A stretch of 64,000 bases of DNA from Eledone cirrhosa. Its lineage: Eukaryota. A program made the translations under genes and the position numbers. The notes beneath the pieces are model-generated. The model saw nothing but the letters and a program-made list of their open reading frames with translations. It made no database searches and was not told the origin of the DNA. The stretch lies in contig OZ024743.1 of assembly GCA_964016885.1 (NCBI GenBank), positions 110,050,001-110,114,000 of the forward strand. The letters run 5' to 3'. Positions 1-12,752 of this stretch are shown piece by piece. The stretch's first letter is position 1. Every line of letters begins with the position of its first letter.

Positions 1-17
1 TCGAAGCTATCCCGGAT

Positions 18-900
18 GTGATAGACTTCGATAACGGCACTCAACTGCCCATAAGTGTTGAGGGCAAACGCCCGAAATGCTTTCGCTGTGGATCGAAGAC
101 TCACCTCAGTCCCTTCTGCAACGAGAAGACCCTGAGAAAGGAGGAAACCCCCCTCCTTCCGAAATCGGCTCCACGGCTACCAGCAACAGGACAAGCGGCA
201 ACCAGGAACGATAGGTCCGTGGCACCCATACCCACGCCACGGAAATCAAAAACAGCAGCAGCAGCAGTGGAAATATTAACAACGACAACAGCAATACCAA
301 ATGCAGCTGCAACAGAGACTCCAGTGCAAACATCACCAACAACAACAAGTGAAAGAGTGGAGTTGGTACCCCTCCCCGACCTCACAGAATCAGACATGGA
401 GTGTGAGGTGGGAGAGAGATGGCAAAAGGTCGTAAGAAGGCACAAACGCAGAAGCAGCGCATCGTCGCCTTCGAAAAGGGAGGAAAGAAATGAAAAAAGG
501 GTAAAGGCTACTGCAAAGAGACTCACAGCAACAACACCACCAACACCATCACCACCGGCGACAACCCCACCGCCAACAACAACAACACCTTCAACACCAC
601 CACCACAAGCACCAACATCGCAAACACAACAACAAAACACACACCCCCAGCAACAACGACAATAAAATAGCAGAACCACACTCCACCCCCAGAAAAACAA
701 ATGCACGGCAATAAAACACACGACAAGAAGCTAATGACTTACATAATTGAACACACAGACATTTCACAGCACGACTACATAATACCAGCACCAATCAAAA
801 CGCCAACTAACATAAGACTAATAAAAATAGCACAGAAACAATACACAAACACTAAAACGAAATTCCCCAACACAGTTGGTGATTTCAGAGACATAGGAGG
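18..900 (+). pseudogene. ORF1 (gag-like CCHC protein), C-terminal part, copy A
   Basis: CX2CX4HX4C knuckle, Thr/Pro-rich linker and basic patch; after a stop at 665, a C-terminal block (LMTYIIEHTDIS...KFPNTVGDFR) homologous to copy B ORF1. Confidence 0.8.
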
Positions 901-904
901 GACT

Positions 905-3900
905 CTCAGGTCACTAAACATAGTTGTAGGGGCCATCAGCGAGACCAGAATCTCCGAAGCACGGGCCTTCGCACCGATCTTCGGCGGCTACGATGTGTAC
1001 GCATCTCCCAGCCGTCCGGGATCGGGGGAGGAGTTGCTGTGCTTTTTCGGAGAGGTTTGGATCTCGCCATACGGGCCATCTTCCTGGACGCAGAAGGTAA
1101 GTTGGTGCTGCTAGACGTGATCAGCGGAGACAGGCAAGCTTTCAGGCTAGTGGCCGTCTATGCCCCGACAGGAGCAGGGCGGCCTGATTTCTTCCGGCGT
1201 CTGGAGAACTTTCTAGGAACGTCCCGCTCTTTAGTGTTAGTGGGCGACTGGAACGGGATCTTAGATGCACGCTGGGACTGTGTGGGATTAGCGGATAGGG
1301 GTGGAGGGTGCAAGAGCCTCACCAACCTGCTCAGGCGTGTTGAACTGTCTGACAGGTACCGATTGGATTTCCCGAATGTACCAATGTGGACTTGGACAAA
1401 TCATATAGAGTCATCCATATCATATCTAGATAGAGTATTTTGTAGAGAAATAGATAGGTCTAGCATAGGCTGTCCACAATTCAAGATAGTCAGCTACACG
1501 GACCACAAATTCGTGATCTGTGTACTTGACTTAGATAGGCTTCATAGACGAGGACCCGGCTACTGGGAGCCAAACGCGTCCTTACCAGCGCGCAAGCCCT
1601 ACAGAGATCGGATTAGCGAACTAGTTAAGCGGGCGCTGACGGGGGACATCGTCAACAACAAGTGGTGGTTTGCTCTGAAAAGAGCAATTAGAATAGAGTC
1701 CATTAGGTTTAGTAAAACTTTAGCAATAGAGAAAAATAGAGCAGAGGGAGAACTAGTTAGAAAATTAGATGAGGCGCTTAGCAAAGGCATCGCGACCGAC
1801 GTGCTTGCGGCGAAGTTGGCCCTTGACCAATTCTTCAATGCAAAGCACGAAGGCTGCGTTGTCAGAGCTAGGGTGCGTGCTCTCAGACACGAGGGGACGA
1901 AAGCCGTTCAATGGGCCCGAGTGGCGGAGGCGCGTCGTGGCAACAAAGCCACGATCCGGTCTTTGGTGGACCACGACGGGCGCATGCTACTCGATCCCGG
2001 GCAAATGTGTGAAGCTTTTCAGCGACACTTCGCTCAACTGTTCGGGGGCAATGGCGGGCCGGCTCGAGGGATGGACTTTAGTGTCTACCTCGACGGACTG
2101 CCGCGGCTTTCGGCCACTGAGGCGGAGTGTTGCGAAAAGCCGATAACAACCGCTGAAGTACGGGATGCAATGACTAGTTGCACAAAGGGGTAAATCGCCT
2201 GGTTTGGATGGTCTGCCCTATGAACTTTACGTACAAATGCCAAACTTGTTCGGAGGCCTCTTGGCGGACGTCTACTGCAATTGGCAACAGAACGGGAGAA
2301 TTCCCAGCTCTGTGAGCCGAAGAGCGGTGGCGCTGCTGAGAAAGGATCCGAACAAGGGGGATAACATAGATAACTTTAGGCCCATAACTCTGCTAAACAC
2401 AGAGTTCAAGATTTTGGCCAAGGTGCTAGCAAAGAGGTTGGTGCTTGTCGTTGGTGGTCTGGTGGGAGAGGCACAGACATGCGCCATTCCCGACAGATCC
2501 ATCCACGACAACCTCCACCTCATGCGATACATCGTAGAGAGGGTAGCTAGGGAACCTGGCAAGGGTGGGTCTTTGATCAATTTAGATCAATCGAAAGCCT
2601 TCGATAGGGTCGACCAACGTTACCTAGCGGCAGTCCTGAGGGCGGCTGGCTTTGGGCCCGTCTTCAGAGGCTGGATCGCTGCCATGCACAAGCGACATCT
2701 GCTCTGTAGTGAGAGTGAACGGTCACCTTTCGGAACCGTTCAACATCATACGCTCGGTCCGCCAAGGATGTCCCCTCTCGTCCCTATTGTACGTATTGAC
2801 TCTCGAGCTATTACTGCACAAACTGGAGACGTTGAGGGGGGTCCCGCGCGAACTAAGATGCGGAAGATCCGTGTCAGCATATACCGACGATGTCACCGTA
2901 GTGGTGTCGAACGCCAAACACATCGAGGCGATCGGCACTACACTAAGCGAATACGAAGCGGTGACAGGAGCAATGATCAACCAGGAAAAGTCAGTGGGCC
3001 TGCAGCTCGGCACCTGGAGATGCTGGTCCATGCCGTCCAACAGCGTCGCCGGGCGCTGGACGGACGGACCGGTAAATTGCTAGGGGTCTGGTTCGGTCCA
3101 GACTTCCAGACGGACAAAAACTGGGACGAGGTGACGAGCAGGGTGGCTTCTCTCACCCAGAAATGGGCCGAGAGGAAGCTATCCCTGAAAGGTCAAGCGG
3201 AGGTGGCTAACGCGTACATCGCGTCCGTCATCTACTACCGCCTGACCGTCGTACCTTGTCCTAAGCCCCGCCTGACTGCGCTGGAGCGTTTGCTCTTTCG
3301 CTTCTTGTGGAAGGGACGCGCTCCGATGGTCAGGCGGTCCATCTGCTGTCAACACCCGCTACGTGGAGGGCTGGGCATGCCGTGGCTGATGATGCGCAGA
3401 CACGCGCTCAGGCTACGACATCTCCACCATTTCCTCGACGGTGATCAGGTATGGTCGCCGTTTGCTAGACACGTTTTTCCCCAGCTCGTCTCCTTGACGG
3501 AGCTGCAGTCCTGGGTCAAGCGAAGACCGAGAGTGAGCGCTTGGAGACTGGATTGTCTTCAGGCGCTCACAGCCCTCGACCAATCGGGCAATGTGATCGG
3601 TGGAAACTCCACCTTGGCGTTCTATAGGGGATTAGTGGAGGGGAAGAGCGACGACGTACTTGGAGAAACTCTCGGCGTCGACGAAAATCAACTAGCCAAT
3701 CTCTTCGGAAGGACTTTCGGGCCGGGGCCTATGGACAACTTCCAGAAATCCCTGGCCTGGCAGTGCTACCGAGGAGCTATGCCAGTTCGGGATAAACTCT
3801 ACAGGCATGGAGGTGCCGTCAGCCGGGCATGTCCGAGATGCGCGCAGGTCGACGAAACCGTCCTGCACGCACTCGTCCAGTGTCCGAGCATTGCTGACTT

Positions 3901-4246
3901 GTGGGTTTATGTCGAACACCTGCTGTCACGTGTAGGACGGATCCAGCTATCAGCTGAGTCCATCGTGAGGATTGCCCCGCCCCCTTCCTTTAGCGGGGAA
4001 GGGCAGGCAGTTTTTATCTGTCTGGTGGCCATGGCGAAAGAGATAGTTTGGTGAACAGGTTTGAAAGGGCTGAAGACGAGCACTTACCTCTTCGGTGATG
4101 CCCTGATTAACTTTTTCAAATTTCATTTGAAAAGGAAAATCAGGGTAGAGAGGGAAGTGCTCTCTTCCCAGCATTTTGTTGAAAGATGGGTGAGAGAAGC
4201 AAGTATGGCCCGAATGAATGGGCCTTCTCTGAGTATGTGTCTGTAA
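905..4246 (+). pseudogene. ORF2 (APE endonuclease + reverse transcriptase + CCHC), copy A, inactivated
   Basis: Versus copy B: first ~26 codons missing, 1-bp indels near 1025, 2187, 2688 and 3075, TGG>TGA at 4052, YADD>YTDD. Confidence 0.9.
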
Positions 4247-4488
4247 ATTAAAGGTGGAAAACTGGGAGAGGGCACTTGCCCTGGTGGTTAGGGCCACTGT
4301 TGTCTTTTAATGGGCTTTCTCCACAATTGTCCCTCGGAAGTCTTCTCCCTATTGGGGAATTTTTCTTTGTTATTTTATTTCAACCTCTGTTTTTTTACAC
4401 GCAGAAATTCCCATTTGTTCCGTCCTGTATTGTCCTGTACTGTCCTTAATGTCTACTTTATGTAAACCCTTGTGGTTAATACAGAAAA

Positions 4489-4490
<2 letters not shown>

Positions 4491-4537
<47 letters not shown>
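4491..4537. repeat. (TTA)n microsatellite between the two LINE copies
   Basis: Perfect TTA run directly after the copy A 3' end. Confidence 0.97.
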
Positions 4538-4746
4538 GGCGACCTACGTAAGAAATCGTATTATTGTGAGCTCCGCAAAGGTTTGTTATTTCCGTTTGTT
4601 TAAAAATTGCCATTTATGGAAAATTTTATTGTAAACTGTTTATAAGCACACATACATTGTTTTCCGAAAAGGACACCCAAAAAGATTGGGGCCTTGTGCC
4701 AAAAATTTTAACTTTTATTATTATCAAAAAATTTCTTTGAAAAAAA

Positions 4747-6759
4747 ATGGCTAATTCCCCTCTGCACGAAGCAGCTGAAAGCATTCCTCACAAAATAACA
4801 CCTCACACCGACACCACCATTGTAAATGTTACTACGTTTGCCAACACAAAAAAAAAATATAAGCAGTATCAATATTTTAAATTTGTCTCAGGCAGACATT
4901 CATTTCCCGCCATTACCAATGACTGCAGGTGTTAAAGCCTCCACCACCACCACATCCGCGACAACCACCACCACCACCACCACCGCGACAACCACCACCA
5001 CCACCACGACAACAGAAACAAAAGAAGAAAAAAATAAATTAACTCGTGACGTCGAAATGAAATCAAGCAAAATGGACTCTTCCCCACCAAAGACGACTGA
5101 CGTAACCACCACCACAACTGAAAATAAAATTAATATTAACGATAGCAACAACAACAACAATGACATTATAAAACCGACCCTCAGTTTCGCCATCGTAGCA
5201 AAACAATTCGAAGCGTTCACGGTAACTCAAGAAGATTTAGAAAATGCCAAACAAATGGTAAAGAAAGATGGGTACAGGGTCAGCGTCACCCCCCCCCCCC
5301 ACACCTAATAAAATGGAGCATCGGCGCCTATGCACCGTGTCGTATAGAACAATAAATGTAAAATCGCGCCGAGTGGAACGGGCATCCGAGTCCCAAATCC
5401 AAAAAGCTTTGGGACATGTGTGGGCAAGAAAAACCCACATCAGACGTGGGCAAAAGTATGGAACCGTGGATGTGTTCTTTGAAACACCAGAGGAGGCTAG
5501 AGAACACTCCATGGCCCCATTAGAAAGTGACGACTTCACACTCGTCCCAAACTATTGTGGCCAGAGACTCGTAAAGATCAGGGTGACCCACGTTCCACCG
5601 GCCATCGAAATTCCCTGGCTAATAGCGGCTGTCATCGCTGGCATCGAGGCCAACACGAAAATAATAACAATAGCAAAAGAAAAGCAGGAAAACTGGTCCG
5701 GATCTGGGATGGAGCTCCTGATCCAAGCGGACCAAAAAAGTATTGAGGAGATCCCAGAGGTAATAGACCTCACTGACGGCAGCCACCTCACGGTAATTGT
5801 CGAGGGCAGAAGACCTAGGTGTGTCGTTTGTGGTGAAGGAACCCACCTAAGGGCTTTCTGCCCTCAGGCTAAAAGGTTGAGGCCACCTCTTCTACCCACC
5901 CCCGTGACACAACCATCAACACCACCAGTAGCAGAGATGCCAGCAACAACTGTAGCAGCAACAACAGAAGCAACTATAACCACAACAACCCCGGCAACAG
6001 TAGCAAAACCAACACCACTACCACCACCAGCAAAACCAACACCACCACCACCCAACGCTTCAGAACTAGCACCAGCGCCTACACCATCCACCACACCACA
6101 ACCAAAACTAACGGCTGTGGAGGATTTTCCACTCCCCGGCCTATCACAACTGGAGACAGATTGTGACGACGAGGAGTGGGAAACGATATCCGGAAAAAAA
6201 AAGAAACCAAAAAAGAAAAAATTCTCTTCCTTCCCCCTCCAATAACAAAATACAGAGGGAAACAAATAAACTAAGAAACAAAAAAGTTAGGACAGATATG
6301 CCACCATCCACACCAGCATCACCAACCCCATCAACCCAAACACCAACACCATCACTATCATTAACTCCAACACCACCATCACCTACACCACAAAAATCAC
6401 CAAAATCCGAAAAAGAAACAAACCCACAACAAACGCAAACAAAACAAAACAACCAAAACGATACACACTACATAGCATTAAATTTGAACAACAAGCAATT
6501 ATTACACTACATCCAACACAACACCAGCATCACAGAAAAAGACTACACAACAACCCCAAAATTCACACCACCTCCACACATACAAATCACTCGCATCACA
6601 CAGAAAACGTACATGACACTAAAACAAAAATTCCCCAAAGACATCGGAGACTTCCGACAAGCACTCTCCAGGAGGATTTATAAGGACATCCTTCCTGAGG
6701 AGGCCACAAGCAGTGAAAAGGATGGAAAAGCCGTCCTTCCCCTACGAGAAGTAAGGTAA
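4747..6759 (+). pseudogene. ORF1 of copy B (gag-like, CCHC knuckle), split by three frameshifts in homopolymer runs
   Basis: ORFs 4747-4935, 4826-5308, 5268-6245 and 6163-6759 can be joined at poly-A ~4850, poly-C ~5295 and poly-A ~6197; knuckle CVVCGEGTHLRAFC. Confidence 0.8.
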
Positions 6760-6793
6760 GTGGTCTTTCCCATCTTTTCCACCCCTTTTCAAC

Positions 6794-9700
6794 ATGACAT
6801 CACTCAGAATAGGCAGCATAAATGCGCGTGGCTTGGGGTCGTCATGGAAGCAGGGCCACCTGCTCAACGACCTCAGGTCACTAAACATAGATGTAGTGGC
6901 CATCAGCGAGACCAGAATCTCCGAAGCACAGGCTTTCGCACCGATCTTCGGCGGCTACGATGTGTACGCATCTCCCAGCCGTCCTGGATCGAGGGGAGAA
7001 GTTGCTGTACATTTTCGGAGAGGTTTGGATCTTGCCATACAGGCCATCTTCCTGGACCCAGAAGGTAAGTTGGTGGTGCTGGACGTGACCAGCGGAGACG
7101 GGCAAGCTTTCAGGTTAGTGGCCGTCTAGCCCCGACAGGAGCAGGGCGGCCTGATTTCTTCCGGCGTCTGGAGAACTTTCTTGGAACGTCCCGCTCTTTA
7201 GTGTTAGTGGGCGACTGGAACGGGATCTTAGATGCACGCTGGGATTGTGTGGGATTAGTGGATAGGGAAGGAGGGTGCAAGAGTCTCACCAACCTGCTCA
7301 GACGTTTTGAACTGTCTGACAGGTACCGAATGGATTTCCCGAATGTACCAATGTGGACTTGGACAAATCGCATAGGGTCATCCAGATCATATCTAGATAG
7401 AGTATTTTGTAGGGAAATAGATAGGTCTAGCATAGGCTGTCCACAATTCAAGATAGTCAGCTACACGGACCACAAATTCGTGATCTGTGTGCTTGACTTA
7501 GATAGGCTTCATAGACGAGGACCCGGCTACTGGAAGCTAAACGCGTCCTTACCAGCGCGCAAGGCCTACAGAGACCGGATTAGCGAACTAATTAAGCGGG
7601 CGTTGACGGGGGCCATCGTCAACAACAAGTGGTGGTTTGCTCTGAAAAGAGCAATTAGAATAGAGTCCATTAGGTTTAGTAAGACTTTAGCAATAGAGAA
7701 AAATAGAGCAGAGGGAGAATTAGTTAGAAAATTAGATGAGGCGCTTAGCAAAGGCATCGCGACCGACGTGCTTGCGGCGAAATTGGCCCTTGACCAATTC
7801 TTCAATGCAAAGCACGAAGGCTGCGTTGTCAGAGCTAGGGTGCGTGCTCTCAGACACGAGGGGACGAAAGCCGTTCAATGGGCCCGAGTGGCGGAGGCGC
7901 GTCGTGGCAACAAAGCCACGATCCGGTCTTTGGTGGACCACGACGGGCGCATGCTACTCGATCCCGGGCAAATGTGTGAAGCTTTTCAGCGACACTTCGC
8001 TCAACTGTTCGGGGGCAGTGGCGGGCCGGATCGAGGGATGGACTTTAGTGTCTACCTCGACGGACTGCCGCGGCTTTCGGCCACTGAGGCGGAGTGTTGC
8101 GAAAAGCCGATAACAACCGCTGAAGTACGGGATGCAATGACTAGTTGCACAAGGGGCAAATCGCCTGGTTTGGATGGTCTGCCCTATGAACTTTACGTAC
8201 AAATGCCAAACTTGTTCGGAGGCCTCTTGGCGGACGTCTACTGCAACTGGCAACAGAACGGGAGAATTCCCAGCTCTGTGAGCCGAGGAGCGGTGGCGCT
8301 GCTGAGAAAGGATCCGAACAAGGGGGATAACATAGATAATTTTAGGCCCATAACTCTGCTAAACACAGAGTTCAAGATTTTGGCCAAGGTGCTAGCAAAG
8401 AGGTTGGCACTTGTCGTTGGTGGTCTGGTGGGAGAGGCACAGACATGCGCCATTCCCGACAGATCCATCCATGACAACCTCCACCTCATGCGATACATCG
8501 TAGAGAGGGTAGCTAGGGAACCTGGCACGGGTGGGTCTTTGATCAATTTAGATCAGTCGAAAGCCTTCGATAGGGTCGACCATCGTTACCTAGCGGCAGT
8601 CCTGAGGGCGGCTGGCTTTGGGCCCGTCTTCAGAGGCTGGATCGCTGCCATGCACAGCGACATCTGCTCTGTAGTGAGAGTGAACGGTCACCTTTCGGAA
8701 CCGTTCAACATCATGCTCTCGGTCCGCCAAGGATGTCCCCTCTCGTCCCTATTGTACGTATTGACTCTCGAGCCATTACTGCACAAACTGGAGACGTTGA
8801 GGGGGATCCCGCGCGAACTAGGATGCGGAAGATCCGTGTCAGCATATGCCGACGATGTCACCGTAGTGGTGTCGAACGCCAAACACATCGAGGCGATCGG
8901 CACTACACTAAGAGAATACGAAGCGGTGACAGGGCAATGATCAACCAGGAAAAGTCAGTGGGCCTGCAGCTCGGCACCTGGAGAGGCAGGTCCATGCCGC
9001 CCAACAGCGTCGTCGGGCGCTGGACGGACGGACCGGTTAAATTGCTAGGGGTCTGGTTCGGTCCAGACCTCCAGACGGACAAAAACTGGGACGAGGTGAC
9101 GAGCAGGGTGGCTTCTGTCACCCAGAAATGGGCCGAGAGGAAGCTATCCCTGAAAGGTCGAGCGGAGGTGGCGAATGCGTACATCGCATCCGTCATCTAC
9201 TACCGCCTGACCGTCGTACCTTGTCCTAAGCCCCGCCTGACTGCGCTGGAGCGTTTGCTCTTTCGCTTCTTGTGGAAGGGACGCGCTCCGATGGTCAGGC
9301 GGTCCATCTGCTGTCAACACCCGCTACGTGGAGGGCTGGGCATGCCGTGGCTGATGATGCGCAGACACGCGCTCAGGCTACGACATCTCCACCTCTTCCT
9401 CGACGGTGATCAGGTGTGGTCGCCGTTTGCAAGACACGTTTTTCCCCAGCTCGTCTCCTTGACGGAGCTGCAGTCCTGGGTCAAGCGAAGACCGAGAGGG
9501 AGCGCTTGGAGACTGGAATGTCTTCAGGCGCTCACAGCCCTCGACCAATCGGGCAATGTGATCGGTGGAAACTCCACCTTGGCGTTCTATAGGGGATTAG
9601 TGGAGGGGAAGAGCGACGACGTACTTGGAGAAACTCTAGGCGTCGACGAAAATCAACTAGCCAATCTCTTCGGAAGGACTTTCGGGCCGGGGCCTATGGA

Positions 9701-10211
9701 CAACTTCCAGAAATCCCTGGCCTGGCAGTGCTACCGAGGAGCTTTGCCAGTTCGGGATAAACTCTACAGGCATGGAGGTGCCGTCAGCCGGGCATGTCCG
9801 AGATGCGCGCAGGGCGACGGAACCGTCCTGTACGCATTCGTCCAGTGTCCGAGCATTGCTGACTTGTGGGTTTATGTCGAACACCTGCTGTCACGTGTAG
9901 GACCTATCCAGCTATCAGCTGAGTCGATCGTGAGGATTGCCCCGCCCCCTTCCTTTAGCCTGGAAGGGCAGGCAGTTTTTATCTGTCTGGTGGCCATGGC
10001 GAAAGAGATAGTATGGTGGACACGTTTGAAAGGGCTGAAGACGAGCACTTACCTCTTCGGTGATGCCCTGATTAACTTTTTCAAATTTCATTTGAAAAGG
10101 AAAATCAGGGTAGAGAGGGAAGTGCTCTCTTCCCAGCATTTTGTTGAAAGATGGGTGAGAGAAGCAAGTATGGCCCGAATGAATGGGCCTTCTCTGAGTA
10201 TGTGTCTGTAA
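6794..10211 (+). pseudogene. ORF2 of copy B (APE endonuclease, RT with YADD, CCHC finger), two 1-bp deletions
   Basis: Starts MTSLRIGSINARGL (APE N-terminus); frameshifts at ~7128 and ~8933 are revealed by comparison with copy A. Confidence 0.92.
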
Positions 10212-10453
10212 ATTAAAGGTGGAAAACTGGGAGAGGGCACTTGCCCTGGTGGTCAGGACCACTGTGGTCTTTTAATGGGCTTTCTCCACAAATGTCCCTT
10301 GGAAGTCTCCCCCCTATTGGGGAATTTTTCTTTGTTATTTTATTTCAACCTCTGTTTTTTTACACGCAGAAATGCCCATTTGTACCGTCCTGTATTGTCC
10401 TGTACTGTCCTTAATGTCTACTTTATGTGAACCCTTGTGGTTAATAAAGAAAA

Positions 10454-10455
<2 letters not shown>

Positions 10456-10484
<29 letters not shown>
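10456..10484. repeat. (TTA)n microsatellite
   Basis: Directly after the copy B 3' end. Confidence 0.97.
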
Positions 10485-10667
10485 GTTCTTTGAGTCTCAG
10501 CCATTGATGTTAGTTAACTGGAAAGTTTGTTGAAATGAATATCAAGCCATTACCTGCAGCATCAGATATTCAGGAAGTATCGGAGGGTTCTTGCTGTTCC
10601 CAGCAAGCATGCCTTTTGAAGCGTTCCAAAAAGCGTGGCGGGGCCAATTTTCTTTAACCATCCCTGG
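10485..10667 (-). mobile_element. 3' remnant of an R4/Dong-like RLE non-LTR retrotransposon
   Basis: Minus strand reads QGWLKKIGPATLFGTLQKACLLGTARTLRYFLNI*, matching the LQKxxLLGTARILR C-terminus typical of R4/Dong proteins; flanked by (TAA)n. Confidence 0.75.
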
Positions 10668-10696
10668 TAATTATTATTATTAGTATTATTATTATT

Positions 10697-11150
10697 GCCG
10701 AGGTTAACTTTACCTTTCATCCTTACGGGGTCGATCAAAGAAAGTACCAGTCACGCACTGTGGTCGATTAAATCGACTTTCCTCTCCGCCAAAATTGCTG
10801 GCCTTGTGCCTATATAAGAAACAATTATTATTGCGGTCGATTGGTAGTATCGGTAGAGGGTCGGTTGCCATACTTTGACGTATAGAGTTACGGCCCTTGC
10901 CATTCTGAGTTCAAATCCCGCCGAGGTTAACCTTGCCTTTCATCCTCATGGGGTAGATAAAATAAAGTACCAGTAATACACTGGATATTTTGCTGGCCTT
11001 GTGCCAAAAGTAGAAACAATTATTTTTATTTCAATACATTTTACTTTTCTTCAGTTAAATTAGTGTTTTCATCCTTATGGGGTCGATAAAATAAAGTACC
11101 AGTAATGAACTGGGTAATTGCTGGCCTTGTGCCTAAAGTAGAAACAAATA
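10697..11150 (+). mobile_element. Cluster of three partial copies of a tRNA-derived SINE (SINE family 1)
   Basis: Repeated GCCTTTCATCCTTACGGGGTCGATAAA..AAGTACCAG core and TGCTGGCCTTGTGCC..AGAAACAATTA tail; B-box GAGTTCAAATCC at ~10907. Confidence 0.85.
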
Positions 11151-11261
11151 TTGCTTTGCTTGTTGCTCTCTTTGTTCATGTTTTGTTTTTTTGAGTCTTC
11201 GATTCATTTATTTCAGTCGTCGCTAAACACGATGTCAGCAAGGAGAGAATATTGTACGATG

Positions 11262-11267
11262 ACTTTC

Positions 11268-11301
<34 letters not shown>

Positions 11302-11906
11302 TCTATTATCTGCAAATGAAATTTGACGACGAAGGCTTTAAACCTGATGATGGTGATAATGATGATGATGCCGTCGTTGATCATATTCATTATGGTGATC
11401 ATGATGATTATGAGGATTATGATGATCATGATGATGGTCATGATGTTTATTATTATTATGATGATAATGATAGTGGTGATGGTTATGACGACGATGACGA
11501 TGTCGAGGTCGACGACGACACCGATATTGATGATGGTGATGATGATGATGATTATGATGATGATTGTGATGACGATGGTGATGACGATGATGATGATGAC
11601 GATGATGAATTGAGGATAATGGTGACGACGAAGAAGATGATGATGTTGGTGATAATGATGATATTAATGTTGATGATGACGGTGACGATGATGCTGACGA
11701 TGATGATGATGATGATGATGATGATGACGAAGTTAGGATAATGGAGATGACAATGAAGATGATGTTGGTGATGATGTTGGTGATGATGGTGACAATGATG
11801 ATGATGATGATGATGGTGAATTGAGGATAATGGTGACGACGAAGAAGATGATGTTGGTGATAATGATGATATTAATGTTGGTGATGATGGTGACGATGAT
11901 GATGAC

Positions 11907-11944
<38 letters not shown>

Positions 11945-12430
11945 CGAAGTTAGGATAATGTTGGTGATGATGATGGTGATGATGGTGACAATGATGATAA
12001 TGATGATGATGGTGAATTGAGGATAATGGTGATGATGATGAAGATGATGTTGGTGATGATGATGATATTGAAGTTGGTGATGATGGTGGTGACGACGTCG
12101 ACGGTGATGATGGTGATGGTGATGATGCATTCAGGGTAATGGTGATGATGTTATTGTCTCTGACGAAGATTCCGTTGATGATGGCGATGGTAATGATGAT
12201 GACGATGATGATGATGACGATGAAAATGATGATGATGATGACGATGAAGATGATATTGCTGGTAATGATGATGATGAATTGAGGGTAATTGAGGGCAATG
12301 ACGAAGATTATATTGATGATGGCGATGATAATATTGATAATGCTGATGACGACCAAGATGATGATGATGATGATGATGATGAAGATGATCGTTCATGATA
12401 TTACTGATGATTATGGAGACGATGATATCA
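11262..12430. repeat. Degenerate (GAT)n array with ~200-bp higher-order units
   Basis: GAATTGAGGATAATGGTGA recurs at ~11607, 11818 and 12014; GACGAAGTTAGGATAAT at ~11726 and 11943. Confidence 0.9.
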
Positions 12431-12461
12431 ATTCTGTTGCTCTAGATACTTGTTTCTACTT

Positions 12462-12752
12462 TAGGCACAAGGCCAGCAATTACCCAGTGCATTACTGGTA
12501 CTTTATTTTATCGACCCCGTAAGGAAGGATGAAAGGAAAAGTAAACCTCGGCAGGATTTGAACTCAGACCGTAAAGGGACGTAACTATGCTGGAAAGCAT
12601 GGCGTCCGACTCTCTACCGATACTGCCAATACACCACCCTTTGCTATATATAATTGTTTCTACTTTAGGCAGTGTATTACTTAGGCAGTGTATTACTGGT
12701 ACTTTATTGTATCGACCCCGTAAGGATGAAAGGCAAAGTCAACCTCGGCGGG
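12462..12752 (-). mobile_element. SINE family 1, 1.5 tandem copies
   Basis: Reverse complement of the same head, core and tail. Confidence 0.85.

Larger units (their letters stand above)
1..4490 (+). mobile_element. Tx1/L1-clade non-LTR retrotransposon, copy A (5' end outside window, disrupted)
   Basis: ORF1 zinc knuckle CFRCGSKTHLSPFC; APE endonuclease motifs (ISET, GDWN, YLDR, TDH); RT motifs (FRPITLLNTEFKILAK, LDQSKAFDRV, RQGCPLS, YTDD); C-terminal CPRC..H...C finger; ends in (TTA)n. Confidence 0.93.
4538..10455 (+). mobile_element. Tx1/L1-clade non-LTR retrotransposon, copy B, apparently full length
   Basis: ~210 bp 5' region, ORF1, ORF2, 3' UTR with AATAAA at 10443; (TTA)n on both sides. 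Confidence 0.93.

Noticed and set aside
4538-4600. HDV-like ribozyme at the LINE 5' end
   Set aside because: Only a weak P1-like pairing; the nested pseudoknot could not be built.
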